Counted from the first letter of the stretch, positions 29,196-38,987 are shown. The stretch: 64,000 bases of DNA from Chthoniobacterales bacterium (GCA_036824855.1 DAISZK010000003.1:5933-69932), one strand, 5' to 3'. Translations and numbers: made by a program. Notes: generated by a model not told the origin, from the sequence alone.

Positions 29196-30323
29196 TCAGA
29201 AGCCGGGCAACCGCAACTTTGGAAGTTCGCGGCCTGTTGCTTTAATCCAGAAAAGGAGGAGTCCGATGACAAGGAAGATGAGGATGGGTCCCCATCCCGC
29301 AACCCATCCAGGAATACGATCGCCTTTACCGAGTGCAATGAAGAGGCTGCTTGAGAAGATCAGTGCGGCAAAAAGTCCGATGGCCGTGGCGACTCCACCC
29401 ATGATTCCGCGACGACCAATGACCACACCCATTGGCCCCGCGATGAAGATCAGCACAAGGCAGATCCACGGTAGGGCCCATCGGTAGTTCCAATGAGTCA
29501 CAAACGGAGCGAGACGTGTTTCTGGAAATTCAGCATTGCAGCGCAGGTAATCGGTCAGTTCCGGAAGCCCCATGAATTCCGAGTTCATTGTGGAACTGGC
29601 GATTTTCCAGGGGGTTTCATGCCACCCCTTGATCTCCAGGCGGGGTGAGGACTCCGAGGAGACCTGGTTTCCAGATTCATCGACGATGACATGGCGCGCA
29701 TCGAAGAGCAGCCAGGTTGCCGTTTCAGGCACAAAAGCGGCATGGGGCGTGTACCATTTCTCTGTGACGATACCCGACTCGTTCTGTTGAATGATCTCAA
29801 CGTTCACGGCCTGGTTGGCCTTGGTGAATAATGCATTCAGATACCAGAGACGTCGGTCCTCACGATTGCGAAAGAGATGGTTGCCGATCCCGTTGAATGG
29901 TTTCTGGCCTGATTTGATTTCGCTCTTGATCTCATCGCTCGAGGATCCGGCCTGCGGGGCAAGGCGGTAATTAAGGGCTCCCAGGAGAGCTGTCATGAGG
30001 AGCCCCACGATCACGAGTGGCACAAAAATCCTATAGAGACTCACTCCGGCGCATAGCATGGAGATAATCTCATTGCGGCGGGACATCTGTGTCAGTGTGT
30101 AAAGGAGCGCCAGAAGAAGGCCCACGGGAACACTCAACACGATCACGCTGGGGATCTGAAGAAGGTAGTAGCGTGTGACGAGGGCGACTGTGGCATGCCC
30201 GGAAAGAAAATCGGGCAGGTTGACGCTGAGATCCCACACAAGCCAGACCGAGATGAATCCGGAAACACAGTAAAAAAACGGAATCAGAAACTTATTGAGA
30301 AGGTATCGGTCGAGGATCGTCAT
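29196..30323 (-). CDS. LptF/LptG-family LPS export permease (YjgP/YjgQ)
   Basis: The start is trimmed to ATG 30323 (MTILDRYLLNKFLIPFFYCVSGFISVWLVWD), giving 375 aa with six TMs and a periplasmic beta-jellyroll insert. The longer track ORF upstream of this start is antisense to dinG. Confidence 0.82.
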   Translation of the reverse strand: MTILDRYLLNKFLIPFFYCVSGFISVWLVWDLSVNLPDFLSGHATVALVTRYYLLQIPSVIVLSVPVGLLLALLYTLTQMSRRNEIISMLCAGVSLYRIFVPLVIVGLLMTALLGALNYRLAPQAGSSSDEIKSEIKSGQKPFNGIGNHLFRNREDRRLWYLNALFTKANQAVNVEIIQQNESGIVTEKWYTPHAAFVPETATWLLFDARHVIVDESGNQVSSESSPRLEIKGWHETPWKIASSTMNSEFMGLPELTDYLRCNAEFPETRLAPFVTHWNYRWALPWICLVLIFIAGPMGVVIGRRGIMGGVATAIGLFAALIFSSSLFIALGKGDRIPGWVAGWGPILIFLVIGLLLFWIKATGRELPKLRLPGF

Positions 30324-30431
30324 GGCGGTCGCCGGCAGAAACCCATTGCAGGAGGCCGGAAAGAACACGATTCTGAATCCCTTGCAGCGGATTCTGCAAC
30401 CGTAATCACCCCGCTGTGCCCGCCTATTCCC

Positions 30432-32447
30432 ATGATTTCCCTTAATGAAGAGATTGCCCCCGGAGCTCCGACAGCTTCCGGCGGCTTTGCGCGCGAAATT
30501 GCGGAGCTCTTCGGACCAAAGGGGACCCTTGCTTCCATCCGTGGATTTGAATGGCGCCCCGAGCAGCAGCGTATGGCGGAAGGGGTTGCCGGGGCACTGG
30601 AAGGGCGATCTCATCTCGTGGTCGAGGCAGGGACTGGAGTCGGGAAATCGCTTGCCTACCTGATCCCCGCCGTTCTGCACTCCATCAGGACGGGGCGCAA
30701 GGCCCTGATCAGCACCCATACGATCAACCTCCAGGAACAACTGCTCTATAAGGATGTCCCGCTGGTGCGCGGCCTGATCGGAGAGGAGTTTGAGGCTGTC
30801 CTGCTCAAGGGACGTCAGAACTATGTCTGTCCCACCCGGTTGACCCGCGCCCTGCGCCACGGCAGCGATCTCTTCACGACTGAGGAGAAGCCGGAGATCG
30901 AACGCATCCGGGAATGGGCGGCGACGACCGCCGACGGGTCGCTTAGTGACCTTCCCTTCGAGCCTGCGCAGCAACTCTGGGCCCAGGTTTGTAGCGAGCA
31001 GCATCTCTGCACTCCCAAGACCTGCGGGCGTGATTCCGGATGTTTCTATCAGGCGGCGCGGCGCCGTGCGCAGTCGGCACAAGTCCTCGTGCTCAATCAC
31101 ACACTCTTCTTCACGCTTCTTGGAGATCCTGAGGATGAGGGGATCGGGTATCTCTTTCCTGATGATTTTGTGATCTTTGACGAAGCTCACACTGTTGAAC
31201 AGGTGGCCTCTCGGCATCTCGGATTTTCCCTTTCGCAGTATGGACTTCGGCAGTCGATTCAGCGGCTCTACAATCCTAGAACGCGGAAAGGACTGCTCCA
31301 GCAAGCCAGGCATCACGAGGCAATCAGTACGGCATCCGATCTGATCCCTGAAATCGACCGATTCTTTGACTCGATCGCCGGTGCCTGCACGTTCCGGCAG
31401 GGAAGGGAGTGTCGCGTGCGCGGCGATCAATCGGCCGATTTGATCGAGGCGGTGTCGGGTAGTCCTTTATCCGAAAGTCTGGCCCGTTTGGCGGATTCGG
31501 CCGGCACGGCTGCGGCGAAAGCCGAGGAGGAGGGATTGAAGGGTGAGCTTTCTGAAGTTGCCACAAGGCTGAGGACATCCAGGGCCGGCCTTGTCGATTT
31601 TCTCTCCCAGAGCGAACCGGGGCATGTCTACTGGGTGGAGCGTAATGGAAAGACCTCTTCCTGGTGCAGTCTGCACGCGGCGCCTGTGGCTGTGGCTCCG
31701 CTCCTGGGGCGGCTCCTTTTTCGCGAGGGTAGTACCGCCGTCATGACGAGTGCCACCCTTTCGGTCGGCTCTTCCGAGCTGGATTATTTCAGAGGTCGTG
31801 TCGGTGCCCTCGAGGTGCCATCCCTGCAGCTTGGCTCGCCGTTTGATTACTCCAACCAGATGAAACTTCATCTCGTGCGCAAGATGCCCGAGCCCAAGGA
31901 TCCGTCGTATGAGGAGTCACTCGCCACATGGATCCGCCATTTTACCGAGGAGAGTCGCGCTCGGGCCTTTGTCCTTTTTACCAGTCACCGGACGATGCAG
32001 TCCGTCGCCGCACGGATGGGTGATTTTTTTGAGCAAAAAGGGTGGAATCTCATCGTGCAGGGAGGGGGGCTCTCCCGGTCACGGATGCTGGAAAGCTTTC
32101 GCGAGGATGGAGAGAGTGTCTTGTTCGGGACGGATAGCTTCTGGACGGGTGTCGATCTGCCCGGGGAGGCGCTCTCCTGCGTGATCATTACAAGGCTGCC
32201 ATTCGTGACCCCTGATCACCCGCTCACCGAGGCGAAATTGGAGGAGATCGAGTCTGCAGGGGGTGATCCCTTTCAGACGTATTCGCTTCCCGAGGCGATT
32301 CTGAAACTTCGTCAGGGGGTTGGAAGACTGATTCGTAGCGCTAAGGATCGAGGCTCCATCGTGATCCTTGATAGCCGCATCCTTTCACGTCCTTACGGAA
32401 AGGCTTTTCTCAAGGCGCTCCCCGAATGTCCGGTGGAGATCGAGTAA
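30432..32447 (+). CDS. dinG: DinG/Rad3-family ATP-dependent DNA helicase
   Basis: The start is trimmed to ATG 30432 (MISLNEE), giving 671 aa. Motifs are Walker A VVEAGTGVGKSLAYLIPA, DEAH box IFDEAHTVE, four Cys residues (CPTR…CSEQHLCTPKTCGRDSGC) in the position of an Fe-S cluster, and C-terminal helicase motifs (FGTDSFWTGVDLPG, QGVGRLIR). Confidence 0.85.
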   Translation: MISLNEEIAPGAPTASGGFAREIAELFGPKGTLASIRGFEWRPEQQRMAEGVAGALEGRSHLVVEAGTGVGKSLAYLIPAVLHSIRTGRKALISTHTINLQEQLLYKDVPLVRGLIGEEFEAVLLKGRQNYVCPTRLTRALRHGSDLFTTEEKPEIERIREWAATTADGSLSDLPFEPAQQLWAQVCSEQHLCTPKTCGRDSGCFYQAARRRAQSAQVLVLNHTLFFTLLGDPEDEGIGYLFPDDFVIFDEAHTVEQVASRHLGFSLSQYGLRQSIQRLYNPRTRKGLLQQARHHEAISTASDLIPEIDRFFDSIAGACTFRQGRECRVRGDQSADLIEAVSGSPLSESLARLADSAGTAAAKAEEEGLKGELSEVATRLRTSRAGLVDFLSQSEPGHVYWVERNGKTSSWCSLHAAPVAVAPLLGRLLFREGSTAVMTSATLSVGSSELDYFRGRVGALEVPSLQLGSPFDYSNQMKLHLVRKMPEPKDPSYEESLATWIRHFTEESRARAFVLFTSHRTMQSVAARMGDFFEQKGWNLIVQGGGLSRSRMLESFREDGESVLFGTDSFWTGVDLPGEALSCVIITRLPFVTPDHPLTEAKLEEIESAGGDPFQTYSLPEAILKLRQGVGRLIRSAKDRGSIVILDSRILSRPYGKAFLKALPECPVEIE

Positions 32448-32500
32448 TTGGTGATGGGGAATAGGGGATTGGGCCATGGATGCTTCCCTATCCTCTCAAT

Positions 32501-33067
32501 TTAAGGCGTTTTGTAGTGCAGGGAAACCAGACGCAGGGATTTCTCTTTCTCCTCGACGCTGTAATAGTTCAGTTCGAGGTTCACAGTCGGTTGGCTCCAT
32601 TGATAGATGATCAGCGTGTAGGTCATTTCCTGGGGAATATTGTCTCCTGCGGGGTGCTCCTTCACCTTATTTACCAGCAGCGTACCGAGGCCATAGCGTT
32701 CGTCGATGCGGCGTCTGGTGCGATCGAAGAAGTCGACGGTCTTCTCGGCATCCCATGAGGGATCGTCATATTGCAACTCCACCTCGATCATGGAGCCATC
32801 CTTGAAGGTGAAGAGCGATTTCTTAAGCAAGGTGTCGCCGATGCTCAGTCCTTCGGCTTCCAGGATGACTTTGCCGATCGATTTCTCGGTGCAGGATGTT
32901 TCCCGTGCCTTCACGGCATTGATCATCCCGCGAACCTTCTCGATGCTGTCGCCCCACGTCAGTCCGTAGGGAATTTTGATTTCCTTCAGCGTCGGTTGCT
33001 GTCCCCGAGCGCCTGCTCCTGACATTAGGAGGGCTACCATCATAAAGATGATCCGAAGGGCATTCAT
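32501..33067 (-). CDS. Hypothetical secreted protein
   Basis: 188-aa ORF with signal peptide MNALRIIFMMVALLMSGAGARG. Its start overlaps the upstream gene's stop (TGATG). Confidence 0.5.
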   Translation of the reverse strand: MNALRIIFMMVALLMSGAGARGQQPTLKEIKIPYGLTWGDSIEKVRGMINAVKARETSCTEKSIGKVILEAEGLSIGDTLLKKSLFTFKDGSMIEVELQYDDPSWDAEKTVDFFDRTRRRIDERYGLGTLLVNKVKEHPAGDNIPQEMTYTLIIYQWSQPTVNLELNYYSVEEKEKSLRLVSLHYKTP

Positions 33068-33828
33068 CAGGGCGTGGATTCTCCAGCAGAAGGAGATAAA
33101 TGGAAAGCATCGGGAGAGACCTCCAGTTTTCCTGCGGAGAGAGGAACTATTCGGTCGAGTCCTGTGATTTCATAAGTGGCTGTCCCCTTTGGGTTCTCTA
33201 TTATCAATCGAGCGTCTCCCTTCTTCATCCCTTGGAGGATGCGGGCACTTTGTGGAGTGCCATCGTTGTCAACTGGAACGGAAAGTATGGGAAGTCCCTC
33301 AGCGGTGAGTGCGCAGGTGTTCTCCTTGAACGATGCGGCCACGATGATCACAGGCCTGCTTTCCAGCAACGCATCCTTGGGGGCACGTAACACAATCGAT
33401 TTTTCCTGTAATGGCTTGTAGGTAAGTGGCATGGGCCAATCTAGAGGGAGTGGGCCCGTAATCGTTTCCAAAAAGGGAAGTGATGAGATTGAGATTGGGC
33501 CGTGAACCAAGCCTTTCGCCATATAGGTTCCGGCTGGCACGGGGTGACCCTGATCATCCTTTTCATCCCAGGTCATGATGAGGCCATTGAGGCCCGCAGG
33601 AATCGACTCCACAGGTGCATCCCTGTGGAGTAATCGGACAAGGCCCCCCTCTTCCGAGAAGACCCCAAGCGTCACCGGTCCCTCTAATTCTGGAAGCGCC
33701 ACAGCAAAAGATTGATCGCTGCGTGCCGTAACAGCAGAGATGCCAATCTGGAAAAAGCAGAAGACCAGAACCTTTGGCAGAACGGATTGGGCTAAAACAG
33801 TCCGCCGGGTTGGCAACTTTTTTTGCAT
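33067..33828 (-). CDS. Hypothetical exported protein with FlgD-Ig-like motif
   Basis: The start is taken at MQKKLPTRRTVLAQSVLPKVLVFCFFQIGISAVTA; the track start at 33906 would leave only 11 nt to the divergent hldD. It contains WDEKDDQGHPVPAGTYMAKG, which matches the W-D-G-x-D-x-x-G-x-x-V-x-x-G-x-Y pattern of FlgD-Ig-like domains. Confidence 0.5.
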   Translation of the reverse strand: MQKKLPTRRTVLAQSVLPKVLVFCFFQIGISAVTARSDQSFAVALPELEGPVTLGVFSEEGGLVRLLHRDAPVESIPAGLNGLIMTWDEKDDQGHPVPAGTYMAKGLVHGPISISSLPFLETITGPLPLDWPMPLTYKPLQEKSIVLRAPKDALLESRPVIIVAASFKENTCALTAEGLPILSVPVDNDGTPQSARILQGMKKGDARLIIENPKGTATYEITGLDRIVPLSAGKLEVSPDAFHLSPSAGESTP

Positions 33829-33917
33829 ACGGTACCGATCCTTGACCATGATTCGAACTCTTCCCAAGAACTTTCGGATTGCGACTCTTTGTTCCTGCGA
33901 TTCCAATCTAAGGGATC

Positions 33918-34907
33918 ATGTCCCCATCCATCCTTGTCACCGGGGGCGCCGGCCTCATCGGCAGTGCCCTGATCCATGCCCTGAACCAGCGGGGTCAGGA
34001 TGATATCCTCGTCACCGATGTCCTCGGTAAGGATGAAAAATGGAAAAATCTCTCCCCGCTTCGCTTTAACGACTACCAACAGGCCGATGCCTTCCTCGAT
34101 CGCCTCGAGTGCGAACCGGAAAGTTTGGATTCGATCCACACGATCTTCCATCTCGGAGCCTGCTCAGCGACCACCGAAACAGATGCCGGATACCTGATGG
34201 AGAACAATTTTGGCTACACCAAGCGTCTTGCGCAGTGGGCGATCCAACGTGGCATCCGTTTTGTCTATGCCAGCTCGGCTGCCACTTATGGAGACGGGAC
34301 GCGAGGCATGGACGACGGTATCGACCACCTTGATTCACTCCGTCCGCTCAATGCCTACGGCTACTCCAAGCACCTCTTCGATCTTCATGCCAAGCGCAAC
34401 GGATGGCTCGGCCGGATGGCCGGCATCAAATATTTCAACGTTTTTGGTCCGAACGAGTGGCACAAGGGGGAGATGCGCAGCCTTGTCGCGAAGGCCTATG
34501 AACAGATTCTCGAAACAGGCAAGGTCTGCCTCTTCAAGAGCCACAGATCAGATTACAAGGACGGGGAGCAGGTCCGCGATTTCGTTTATGTGAAGGATGC
34601 CGTCGCGATGACCCTGCACATCGCCGACACCCCCTCAGCCAACGGACTGTTCAATATCGGCACGGGCACTCCCCGTACCTGGGTGGATCTTGCCACGGCT
34701 CTCTTCACCGCGCTAGGGCGCAAGCCTGAGATCGAATTCATCGACATGCCGGCTCATATTCGGAATCAGTACCAGTATCACACTTGCGCCGATGTCAGCC
34801 GCCTCAAGGCCGCGGGATGGAACGCTGCTACGACTTCCCTTGAGGATTCCGTCAGTGACTACGTGCGTAACTATCTGGTTCCCGGTAAACACCTCGGGGA
34901 TGAATAG
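33918..34907 (+). CDS. hldD: ADP-L-glycero-D-manno-heptose 6-epimerase
   Basis: 329-aa ORF with ILVTGGAGLIGSALIHALNQRG..DILVTDVL, YASSAATYG, and the YGYSK catalytic Tyr/Lys. Confidence 0.85.
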   Translation: MSPSILVTGGAGLIGSALIHALNQRGQDDILVTDVLGKDEKWKNLSPLRFNDYQQADAFLDRLECEPESLDSIHTIFHLGACSATTETDAGYLMENNFGYTKRLAQWAIQRGIRFVYASSAATYGDGTRGMDDGIDHLDSLRPLNAYGYSKHLFDLHAKRNGWLGRMAGIKYFNVFGPNEWHKGEMRSLVAKAYEQILETGKVCLFKSHRSDYKDGEQVRDFVYVKDAVAMTLHIADTPSANGLFNIGTGTPRTWVDLATALFTALGRKPEIEFIDMPAHIRNQYQYHTCADVSRLKAAGWNAATTSLEDSVSDYVRNYLVPGKHLGDE

Positions 34908-35007
34908 GGTCTAGGAGCTCGGAGATAGGTGTTGGGGATATATTCCCAGCCGCGGAAGCAGATGTTAAGAAACGACAAGCAGACAAACGCAAAAGAACGA
35001 ATCCGCC

Positions 35008-35496
35008 CTAATCCCTGAAGTTCTTAAAACTCAAGGAGACACCAAAATCCTTGCCTCGTAGGAAGGCAATGACTTCCTGAAGTTCATCCCGTTTGGTGCC
35101 GGTGACGCGCACCTGCCGATCCTGCAGTGAAGCCTGCACTTTGAATTTCTCGGCCTTGATGGCGGTCGTGATTTCCTTGGCCTTGTTTCCTTCCAGCCCC
35201 TGCATGATGACGAATTCCTGCCGTGCATGCCCGATTGATGAGATTGCGGCATCCTTCTGTTCGACATTGCGAAGGTCGACGCCTCGTTTTGCAAGCTTAC
35301 CTACCATGATTTCCCGGACACCCTTAAGCTTGTTGTTGTCCTCCGCAGTCAGGGTGATGAGTTCAGGTTTTGTGAGCTCGATTTTAACGTTGCTCCCCTT
35401 GAAGTCGAACCGCGTCGCCAATTCTTTCACGGCTTGATTCACCGCGTTCTCGATCTCCATCCGCTCGATTTCTGATACAATGTCAAAAGAAGGCAT
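35008..35496 (-). CDS. yajQ: YajQ-family nucleotide/cyclic-di-GMP-binding protein (UPF0234)
   Basis: 162-aa ORF that begins MPSFDIVSEIERMEIENAVNQAVKELATRFDFKGS, which is characteristic of YajQ. Confidence 0.88.
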   Translation of the reverse strand: MPSFDIVSEIERMEIENAVNQAVKELATRFDFKGSNVKIELTKPELITLTAEDNNKLKGVREIMVGKLAKRGVDLRNVEQKDAAISSIGHARQEFVIMQGLEGNKAKEITTAIKAEKFKVQASLQDRQVRVTGTKRDELQEVIAFLRGKDFGVSLSFKNFRD

Positions 35497-35685
35497 TTTT
35501 AAAAGGCTGAAGGAAAAAGGCAGAAGGCAGAAGGCTAAAAATCAATACGTCATCATTAGGGAGATGGCCGATGGCGTTTTGGCTCCCCCTTCATCCACAC
35601 TTGTGAGTTGCAATCCACCCCTTCTGCATGGATCTTATTCAGCCCGACTGAGCCAGCCTCAAGCGCTGAAGCAGGGGTTCCAACC

Positions 35686-36744
35686 ATGAGCGCCACCACA
35701 ACAGAAACCATTGAAGAGCCTCGCACAGAGAATACCCGTGTGTGCGGAGTGACGCGCCTCATCTCCCCTCGTGAGGTCAAGGAGAGGCTCCCTGCTTCTC
35801 CGGAAATCCTTGCCAAGGTTGCTGAATATCGCGAGACCTGCCGCCGCATTCTTCGCGGTGAGGATCCCCGCCTTCTGGTCATCGTTGGCCCCTGCTCGAT
35901 CCATGATCCCGTCTCCGCTCTCGACTATGCGCGACGGCTTGCGGACTTAGCCAAGGAAGTAGAGGACAAGCTCTTCCTTGTGATGCGTGTCTATTTTGAG
36001 AAACCCCGCACGACAGTTGGGTGGAAGGGGCTGATCAATGATCCTTACCTGAATGATTCCGGTGACATGCAGCACGGCATTAAGGTTGCCCGCCAACTCC
36101 TGCTCGATGTTGCGGCTCTTGGTCTTCCTGCCGCCACAGAGGTTCTCGACCCGATCATGCCGCAGTATATCGCGGACCTGATTAGCTGGTCGGCGATCGG
36201 GGCGCGGACCACCGAGTCACAGACACACCGGGAGATGGCCAGCGGACTCTCGATGCCTGTCGGCTTTAAGAATGGCACCGATGGAAGCATCCAGACGGCC
36301 ATCGATGCCATGCGTTCCTCACGAAGCCCTCACAGTTTTCTTGGCATCGACCAGGAGGGCATGACCAGCATCATCAAGACGGCCGGCAATCCCGATGGTC
36401 ATCTTGTCCTTCGTGGCGGACGTGACGGAGTGAATTATCACGCGAACCAAACGGCGGATGCCGCCGCCAAGCTCAAGGCCGCAGGTGTCCCGACGGCTAT
36501 CATGATCGATTGCAGCCATGCCAACAGTGGCAAGGATCCCGCCCGTCAGCCCGAGGTCTGGAACAGTATCCTGGAGCAGCGCGCATCAGGTCGCACCGAT
36601 GTCGTCGGGGCAATGATCGAGAGCCATTTGGAATTTGGTGCCCAGAACCTAGGTGATGATCCTTCAGTGCTTCGTTACGGAGTCTCGATTACTGATGCCT
36701 GCCTCGACTGGGAGGCCACCGCGGAACTCCTCCGCAGGGCCTAA
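35686..36744 (+). CDS. aroG: 3-deoxy-7-phosphoheptulonate (DAHP) synthase, class I
   Basis: The start is trimmed to ATG 35686. Motifs are [24 protein letters not shown] and DCSHANS. The feedback specificity (Phe, Tyr or Trp) cannot be told. Confidence 0.88.
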   Translation: MSATTTETIEEPRTENTRVCGVTRLISPREVKERLPASPEILAKVAEYRETCRRILRGEDPRLLVIVGPCSIHDPVSALDYARRLADLAKEVEDKLFLVMRVYFEKPRTTVGWKGLINDPYLNDSGDMQHGIKVARQLLLDVAALGLPAATEVLDPIMPQYIADLISWSAIGARTTESQTHREMASGLSMPVGFKNGTDGSIQTAIDAMRSSRSPHSFLGIDQEGMTSIIKTAGNPDGHLVLRGGRDGVNYHANQTADAAAKLKAAGVPTAIMIDCSHANSGKDPARQPEVWNSILEQRASGRTDVVGAMIESHLEFGAQNLGDDPSVLRYGVSITDACLDWEATAELLRRA

Positions 36745-36779
36745 TTAGGCGGAGAGCGGAGGCGTAACGGTTTTCTCCC

Positions 36780-37355
36780 GTGGCACGGACCATCCGGGAG
36801 ATCTCGTTTGCCGCACTCGATTTCGAGTCTGCAGGTGAAAGGCCCAATGAGGCCGGTATTCCCATTCAGATAGGCATTGCCTCGATGCAAGATCTCAGTC
36901 CGCTGCCGGATACGTTCTACCGGAGTTATCTCCGAACGGCGCGCTCCGTCACTTGGTCCGCTCAACAGATCCATGGAATCACCGACGTCGATCTTAAAGA
37001 TGCTCCCGAACTGCTCTCCCTTTGGCCCGAGATTAAGAGGCGGCTTGAAGGCCGCTGCATCGTTGCCCATGGAGCGGGAACCGAGAGGCGCTACCTCCGG
37101 GCCTTCCCGATGCACGGGTTCGGCCCATGGATTGATACACTCACGCTGAGTCGCAAGATTCTTCCGGGGCGCCCATCCTACGCCCTCTCTGACTTGGCGA
37201 GGGAACTTTCCCTGGAGGTGGAGGCGCGCACGCTGCTAGCTGATTTTCGGTGGCATGAGGCGCTTTCGGACGCACTGGCCGCGCTACTTCTACTCAGGAA
37301 ACTGATTGAACTGAGCGGCATTCCGGATCATCCGGAGGAGGTACTTCTGCAGTGA
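36780..37355 (+). CDS. DEDDh 3'-5' exonuclease (DnaQ/epsilon-like domain protein)
   Basis: 191-aa ORF with a GTG start. Exo I is FAALDFESAG, Exo II is CIVAHGAGTERRYL and Exo III is WHEALSDALA. Confidence 0.65.
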   Translation: MARTIREISFAALDFESAGERPNEAGIPIQIGIASMQDLSPLPDTFYRSYLRTARSVTWSAQQIHGITDVDLKDAPELLSLWPEIKRRLEGRCIVAHGAGTERRYLRAFPMHGFGPWIDTLTLSRKILPGRPSYALSDLARELSLEVEARTLLADFRWHEALSDALAALLLLRKLIELSGIPDHPEEVLLQ

Positions 37356-37480
37356 GGTGGATAGACTGAAGACGGTAAGACTATTAGCTCAGAATCTGAT
37401 GAGTAAGATCTCCAAGCCTTAAAAAACCTATCAGCCTTCAGGCTTAACTGCTGTAAATCCCCTCCAGCCACCTGCTGGAG

Positions 37481-37564
37481 ATGGTGCTCGGGGAGGGACT
37501 CGAACCCTCATGCCTTTCGGCATGCGCCCCTTAAACGCACGTGTCTGCCATTTCACCACCCGAG
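37481..37564 (-). tRNA. tRNA-Leu (type II, long variable arm); anticodon reads AAG in the hand fold
   Basis: The reverse complement is GCTCGGG TG GTG AAATGGCAGA CAC G TGCGT TTAAGGG GCGCA TGCCGAAAGGCAT GAGGG TTCGAGT CCCTC CCCGAGC A CCA. It has a 7-bp acceptor stem, a GG-containing D loop, a TTCGAGT T-loop, a 13-nt variable arm and an encoded CCA. Confidence 0.9.
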
Positions 37565-37687
37565 CAACTGATGGGTCTGGAATCATACGAGTAGATGGCT
37601 TTCGGGCAAGATAGAAAAAAAGAAAAATGTTGTTGTCTCCCGAACTCTTCCGTGGCATCCTCTCACTCCTTTTCCAAAGATTTTCCC

Positions 37688-38002
37688 ATGTCCTACGCAA
37701 TCATCCAAACCGGCGGCAAACAGTACCGCGTCTCCGAGGGGGACGTCCTGAGTGTCGAGAAACTCGCTGTCGAAACCGGCAAAGAGACCACCTTCAGCGA
37801 CGTTCTCCTCGTTGTGAACGGCGACAAGGTCACCCTTGGCGCCCCCCTCGTTTCCGGAGCCAGTGTCCAGGCCGAGGTTGTCGATCAGTACAAGGATGAC
37901 AAGGTTGTCGCTTTCAAGTTCAAGCGTCGCAAGGGGTATCACCGCACCGTCGGTCATCGCCGTCAGCTTACCGAACTGAAGATCACCAAGATCTCTGCTT
38001 AA
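37688..38002 (+). CDS. rplU: 50S ribosomal protein L21
   Basis: The start is trimmed to MSYAIIQTGGKQYRVSEGDVL (104 aa). It is followed by rpmA. Confidence 0.93.
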   Translation: MSYAIIQTGGKQYRVSEGDVLSVEKLAVETGKETTFSDVLLVVNGDKVTLGAPLVSGASVQAEVVDQYKDDKVVAFKFKRRKGYHRTVGHRRQLTELKITKISA

Positions 38003-38040
38003 ATCTCCAACACAACTTTTAACCCAACCCACCTACTGCC

Positions 38041-38310
38041 ATGGCACATAAAAAAGGACAGGGAAGCGTCAAGAATGGACGCGACAGCGAAAGCAAACGC
38101 CTCGGCGTAAAGAAGTTCGGCGACCAGAGTGTTGTCGCCGGCAACATCATCATCCGCCAGCGTGGCACCAAATTCATTCCCGGTCGCAACGTTGGTCTCG
38201 GACGTGATTACACGATCTGGTCGCTTGTCGATGGCAAGGTTCGTTTCGACCGTGCTGGTCGTCGTGTAAATGTCGATCCCGTTGTTTCGGTAGAGGCTTC
38301 CGCCAACTAA
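38041..38310 (+). CDS. rpmA: 50S ribosomal protein L27
   Basis: 89-aa ORF that reads [45 protein letters not shown]. Confidence 0.95.
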   Translation: MAHKKGQGSVKNGRDSESKRLGVKKFGDQSVVAGNIIIRQRGTKFIPGRNVGLGRDYTIWSLVDGKVRFDRAGRRVNVDPVVSVEASAN

Positions 38311-38342
38311 AAATTTCTTTTCTTTCATCTAGAAGAGATGAC

Positions 38343-38377
38343 ACCCCCGGCCTTCAACAGCCGGGGGTTTCTTTTTT
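38343..38377 (+). terminator. Rho-independent terminator after rplU-rpmA
   Basis: ACCCCCGGC (38343-38351) pairs with GCCGGGGGT (38360-38368) around an 8-nt loop, followed by TTTCTTTTTT. Confidence 0.85.
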
Positions 38378-38399
38378 ACAAAATTCCCCTGATCCTCCG

Positions 38400-38987
38400 A
38401 TGATACAATTCGGCGTTCTTGGTTCTGGAAAGGGATCCAATTTCAGGGCCCTTGCGGAGGTGTTTCAGGCCGGGACCCTCGGCGCTCAACCGGTGATTGT
38501 CCTCTCCGATGTGGAGCACGCCGGCATCTTGGATCTCGGGCGGAAATTTGAAATTCCCTGTCACTTTATTGCCCCGGGTCCTTTCCGAACCAAGATGTCT
38601 CCGGAAGCCGAGGGAGAAATCGTCCAATTGCTCCGAGAGGCTCAGGTCGATTTCGTTGTGCTTGCTGGATTCATGCGTGTCATCAAGGAACCGCTTCTCA
38701 ATGCCTTCCCGGGGCGCATCTTGAATATCCATCCTTCGCTCCTGCCGGCTTTTCCTGGACTGGAAGCATGGCGTCAAGCCGTCGAGGCAGGTGTTCCTGA
38801 GGCAGGGTGCACTGTTCACCTGGTCGACTCAGGAGTCGATACCGGCAAGATTCTTGGCCAAAGCCGCGTTCCCGTACTTTCTGGTGACACTGCTGAGTCG
38901 CTCCACGCAAGGATCCAAGTCGCAGAGCACGAACTCTATCCCAGGATCATCCGAGAATTTGCCGGCCATCTGCTGCCCCGGGACTGA
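38400..38987 (+). CDS. purN: Phosphoribosylglycinamide formyltransferase
   Basis: 195-aa ORF with GVLGSGKGSNFRAL, NIHPSLLPAFPG and the catalytic Asp region HLVDSGVDTGKIL. Confidence 0.9.
   Translation: MIQFGVLGSGKGSNFRALAEVFQAGTLGAQPVIVLSDVEHAGILDLGRKFEIPCHFIAPGPFRTKMSPEAEGEIVQLLREAQVDFVVLAGFMRVIKEPLLNAFPGRILNIHPSLLPAFPGLEAWRQAVEAGVPEAGCTVHLVDSGVDTGKILGQSRVPVLSGDTAESLHARIQVAEHELYPRIIREFAGHLLPRD

Noticed and set aside
30324-31430. N-terminal 369 codons of the 744-aa track ORF 29196..31430 (minus strand).
   Set aside because: Only the part from MTILDRYLL (ATG at 30323) looks like an LptF/G permease. The upstream part is low-complexity, Arg/Gly/Pro-rich and lies exactly antisense to the well-supported dinG gene. 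It is a shadow ORF typical of GC-rich DNA.
35504-35536. Purine-rich GAAG-type words: AGGCTGAAGGAAAAAGGCAGAAGGCAGAAGGCT here, AGACTGAAGACGGTAAGACT at 37363-37382 and AGACTGAAGTCCGAAGGCT at 43785-43803.
   Set aside because: They are too short and too degenerate to establish as a repeat family from one window. I note them only in case a genome-wide census finds many copies.
37356-37687. tRNA-Leu as a possible integration hotspot or genomic-island boundary.
   Set aside because: There is no integrase, no direct repeat of the tRNA 3' end and no phage or IS genes on either side. The flanking genes are housekeeping (an exonuclease and rplU-rpmA).
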